Origin: an uncultured delta proteobacterium
GTDB lineage: Bacteria; Myxococcota_A; Polyangia; Fen-1088
DNA: 64,000 bases
Direction: 5' to 3'
NCBI GenBank assembly: GCA_963767925.1
Contig: CAVYGB010000008.1
Location: 672,001-736,000, forward strand
The position numbers and the translations under genes are program-made. The notes under the pieces are model-generated. The model did not search any database, was not told the origin of the DNA, and saw only the letters and a program-made list of their open reading frames with translations. The number at the start of each line of letters is the position of its first letter. Within the stretch, counting starts at the first letter, position 1. This document shows positions 58,729 through 64,000 of the stretch, piece after piece.

Positions 58729-59949
58729 TCAGAGCTCCGAGACCGCGACCGGAGCCACGCGATGCCGGATCAGCCCTGCCTCGAGGAGGCGGTAGAGCAT
58801 GCGCATGGCCCCCCAGGCCCCCAGCCCCGAAGCGTCGACGATCTGGCGGACGGTGCGCCGGCCGTCAGTCAGGTCGAGCACCGCCCCTTCCTCGGAGGTG
58901 AGCCGACCCCGCCCCAGGTTCGCCACCATGCCCTCGTTGCGCACGAAGACCCGCTCGAGGTCCCCGAGCTCGCGCTGGATGAGCCGCCACTGCTCGACCC
59001 GCCGGAACCCTTCGAGCAGCAGCGCCGGCAGGGCCAGGGCCAGCGCCGCCTCGGCCGCCGCCAGCGTCGGCTCAGCCGTGCGCTCGAAGACGAAGCGCCC
59101 CTCTTGCCAGCGCAGGGCCTCGTAGAGCAGCGCCGCCGTCTGCAGCGACAGCACACGGGCCAGGTCCTCGCCGGTGATGAGGCCGCAATCCACGAGGAAC
59201 CGCCCCAGCAAGGGCAGCGAGCCGTCGCTGCCCCGGCGGGCCCGGCGGGCCTCCAGCCCCCCCAGCAAGGTGGGCGTGTCGAGGGCGCCCGCCCGCACGA
59301 GGAAACGGCCGAGCAGGAACTCCTCGGTGACGCCCTCGGCGGTGGCGAGGTCGAGGCGACCGTGGCGCAGGTGCAGCCGCAGCCGGGTCTCGCCGTTGAC
59401 GACCGAGACGACCCCGCTCTGCGCCTCCCGCTCGAGGAGCATGAGGACATCGGCCAGCGCCACCGCCGCCAGATCCCCGGCGAGGGCCACCCCCAGCGGA
59501 CGGGTCGGGCGCGGCTCCGGCTCGGGCGGTCGGGGCGGGCCCGGCCAGGGCGGCGGCTCGTCGCCTTCGCCCGGCGCCGCCCGGTTCAGCGCCTGCGAGA
59601 CGACGGCGAGCAGGGCCTGGGGGGTGAAGGGCTTGGCGATCGCGTCGACGACGTTGCTGCGAGGGCCCCGCAGGTTGCCCTCCGCCGACCCGGGCTCACC
59701 CAGCAGCACCACGGGAACCGAGGCGCAGGCCCGATCGGCCCGCAGCGCCGCGCAAACCGCCTCCCCCTCCATGTCGGGCAAGATCGCGTCCACCAGGATG
59801 AGCGCCGGCCGCACCGCACGCGCCACCTCGAGGCCTTCCTCGGCCCTTCCGGCCACGGCCACCTGATACTCGGCCTCGCCAAGGACGACTTGCACCAGCC
59901 GCAACACGGTCGGGCTGTCGTCGATGACGAGAATGCGCTCCCGCGACAT
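58729..59949 (-). CDS. Response regulator with DUF4388 (PATAN) domain
   Basis: ILVIDDS...KPF receiver; LAGDLAAVALADVLMLL...SG; W.EGRFVF; LLLEGFRRVEQW. Confidence 0.88.
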   Translation of the reverse strand: MSRERILVIDDSPTVLRLVQVVLGEAEYQVAVAGRAEEGLEVARAVRPALILVDAILPDMEGEAVCAALRADRACASVPVVLLGEPGSAEGNLRGPRSNVVDAIAKPFTPQALLAVVSQALNRAAPGEGDEPPPWPGPPRPPEPEPRPTRPLGVALAGDLAAVALADVLMLLEREAQSGVVSVVNGETRLRLHLRHGRLDLATAEGVTEEFLLGRFLVRAGALDTPTLLGGLEARRARRGSDGSLPLLGRFLVDCGLITGEDLARVLSLQTAALLYEALRWQEGRFVFERTAEPTLAAAEAALALALPALLLEGFRRVEQWRLIQRELGDLERVFVRNEGMVANLGRGRLTSEEGAVLDLTDGRRTVRQIVDASGLGAWGAMRMLYRLLEAGLIRHRVAPVAVSEL

Positions 59950-60273
59950 GTCCTCGCCCTTCCTGAAAGGTGGGAAAATAGCTCGGCCAGCGTAACACGA
60001 CTGGCGAGACGGGGATCGCCTGCCTGGGGGCAAAACCCACTTCCGGGGGGACGCGCCTCGGGGTGCGAGGTGTGGTGCGAGGTGAACGAACTTCTGGTGA
60101 ACGGCCTTCGCGGTCGGGGCCTCAGCCGAGGATGGTCGCCAAAGCGACGGCAATTGTGGACCAGGTTCGGGGGAGTGCCGCCGATAGACAGGGGGAGGTG
60201 ACCTTCGCGAAGATGACGAGCGCTGGTGTCCTGACGCCACGCAAGGGACGGGTTTAGGAGGGGTCCTTCGTTC

Positions 60274-63064
<2,791 letters not shown>

Positions 63065-63148
63065 GGTTTTTCACCCGTCCATCGACGGCGGCTAGCCCCC
63101 TCCGGTCGGCTGAGATAGTGTACGAAGCCGCTCGGACTCTCGCTGCTG

Positions 63149-64000
63149 ATGACGGGGCGCTTCCCGCGACAATTCGGAAAGTACGTTCTCCTGAAGGCTC
63201 TCGCCAAGGGAGGTATGGGAGAGATCTATCTGGCGGTCGGGGGCGACGTCGGCGGCTTCGAGAAGCTCTGCGTGATCAAGAAGGTGATCACCGAGAAGGC
63301 CGACCGGACCAAGTCCAACCGGTTCCTGGACGAGGCCAAGGTGGTCCTGCGCCTGGCTCACTCGGCCCTCGTCAACACCTTCGACGCGGGTGAGGTCGCC
63401 GGCGAGTTTTACATCGCCATGGAGCTGGTCGAGGGCAAGGACCTGCGCGAGGTCTGGAACCGCTGCGTCCGCACCCGCCAGCGCATCCCCCTCGACGTCG
63501 CCCTGCACGTGGTGCGGGAGGTGGCCCGGGCGCTGGCCTACGTCCACAACTACGGCGACCTCAAGCTGGTCCACCGCGACGTGGCCCCGCCCAACATGTT
63601 GCTCTCGTACGTGGGCGACGTGAAGCTGACCGACTTCGGCCTGGCCCGCAGCGTGCTCAAGCAGGAGCACACCGCCCCCGGGGTTGTGTTCGGGCGGGCG
63701 GCTTACCTGGCGCCCGAGCAGGCCCGGGGCGAGATGGCCGACGCCCGGACCGACGTCTACACCCTGGGGATCGTGCTCTGGGAGCTGCTCACCGGGCAGC
63801 AGTACCTGCAGCTCAGCGGGCTGGATCCGGCGGCGGCGCTGGCCCTCGTGCGCCACCCCCGGGTGATCGCCCCCTCGACCCGGGCCCCCTGGATCACCCC
63901 CGCCCTCGACCAGGTCACGCTGCTGGCCCTGGCCCCCGATCGCGAGCGGCGCTTCCGCTCGGCCGAGGAGATGCGGCAAGCGCTCACAACCGTGATCGCC
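63149..64000 (+). CDS. Ser/Thr protein kinase, 3'-truncated by the window edge
   Basis: MTGRFPRQFGKYVLLKALAKGGMGEIY; HRDVAPPN; DFG; YLAPEQ; absent from the ORF track because there is no stop in the window. Confidence 0.9.
   Translation, partial: MTGRFPRQFGKYVLLKALAKGGMGEIYLAVGGDVGGFEKLCVIKKVITEKADRTKSNRFLDEAKVVLRLAHSALVNTFDAGEVAGEFYIAMELVEGKDLREVWNRCVRTRQRIPLDVALHVVREVARALAYVHNYGDLKLVHRDVAPPNMLLSYVGDVKLTDFGLARSVLKQEHTAPGVVFGRAAYLAPEQARGEMADARTDVYTLGIVLWELLTGQQYLQLSGLDPAAALALVRHPRVIAPSTRAPWITPALDQVTLLALAPDRERRFRSAEEMRQALTTVIA

Noticed and set aside
60025..60065. c-di-GMP-I riboswitch-like GGCAAAAC...GGGACGC
   Set aside because: Lacks the GNRA tetraloop, the GCAAAG junction and a convincing second stem

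Overview
High-GC bacterial chromosomal window. The gene content (many Ser/Thr kinases, Cys-rich lipoproteins, a DUF1592/DUF1552 pair, REC-DUF4388) points to Myxococcota; this is an inference. It holds about 48 protein-coding genes and one tRNA-Ala(CGC). No CRISPR array, rRNA, integrase or transposase was seen. Ordinary content: an OmpR/histidine kinase pair, SDR, M14 peptidase, ECF sigma factor, polysaccharide genes (deacetylase, wecB, GT4, ugd, epimerase, nucleotidyltransferase), MltD-like transglycosylase, MFS transporter, phospholipase C-family enzyme and tlyA. Most notable: (1) a three-gene operon behind a sigma54 promoter with a paired palindromic enhancer, encoding two hydrazine-synthase-alpha-like heme-c/beta-propeller lipoproteins and an exported HEAT/CxxC protein; (2) an exported lipoprotein with the phosphohistidine-then-ATP-grasp domain order of plant glucan-water dikinases; (3) a bacterial carnosine-N-methyltransferase-like enzyme fused to a Zn ribbon and a PqqD/RRE-like domain; (4) a minimal sensor-less chemosensory operon with no CheR/CheB in the cluster and an Arg-rich insert in CheA, divergent from tandem Ser/Thr kinases; (5) a 165-nt CTAG-bounded MITE-like hairpin; (6) a cupredoxin that lacks both His ligands. 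Four genes carry single-base frameshifts that look like sequencing or assembly errors. All family calls come from motif recognition by eye, not database searches.
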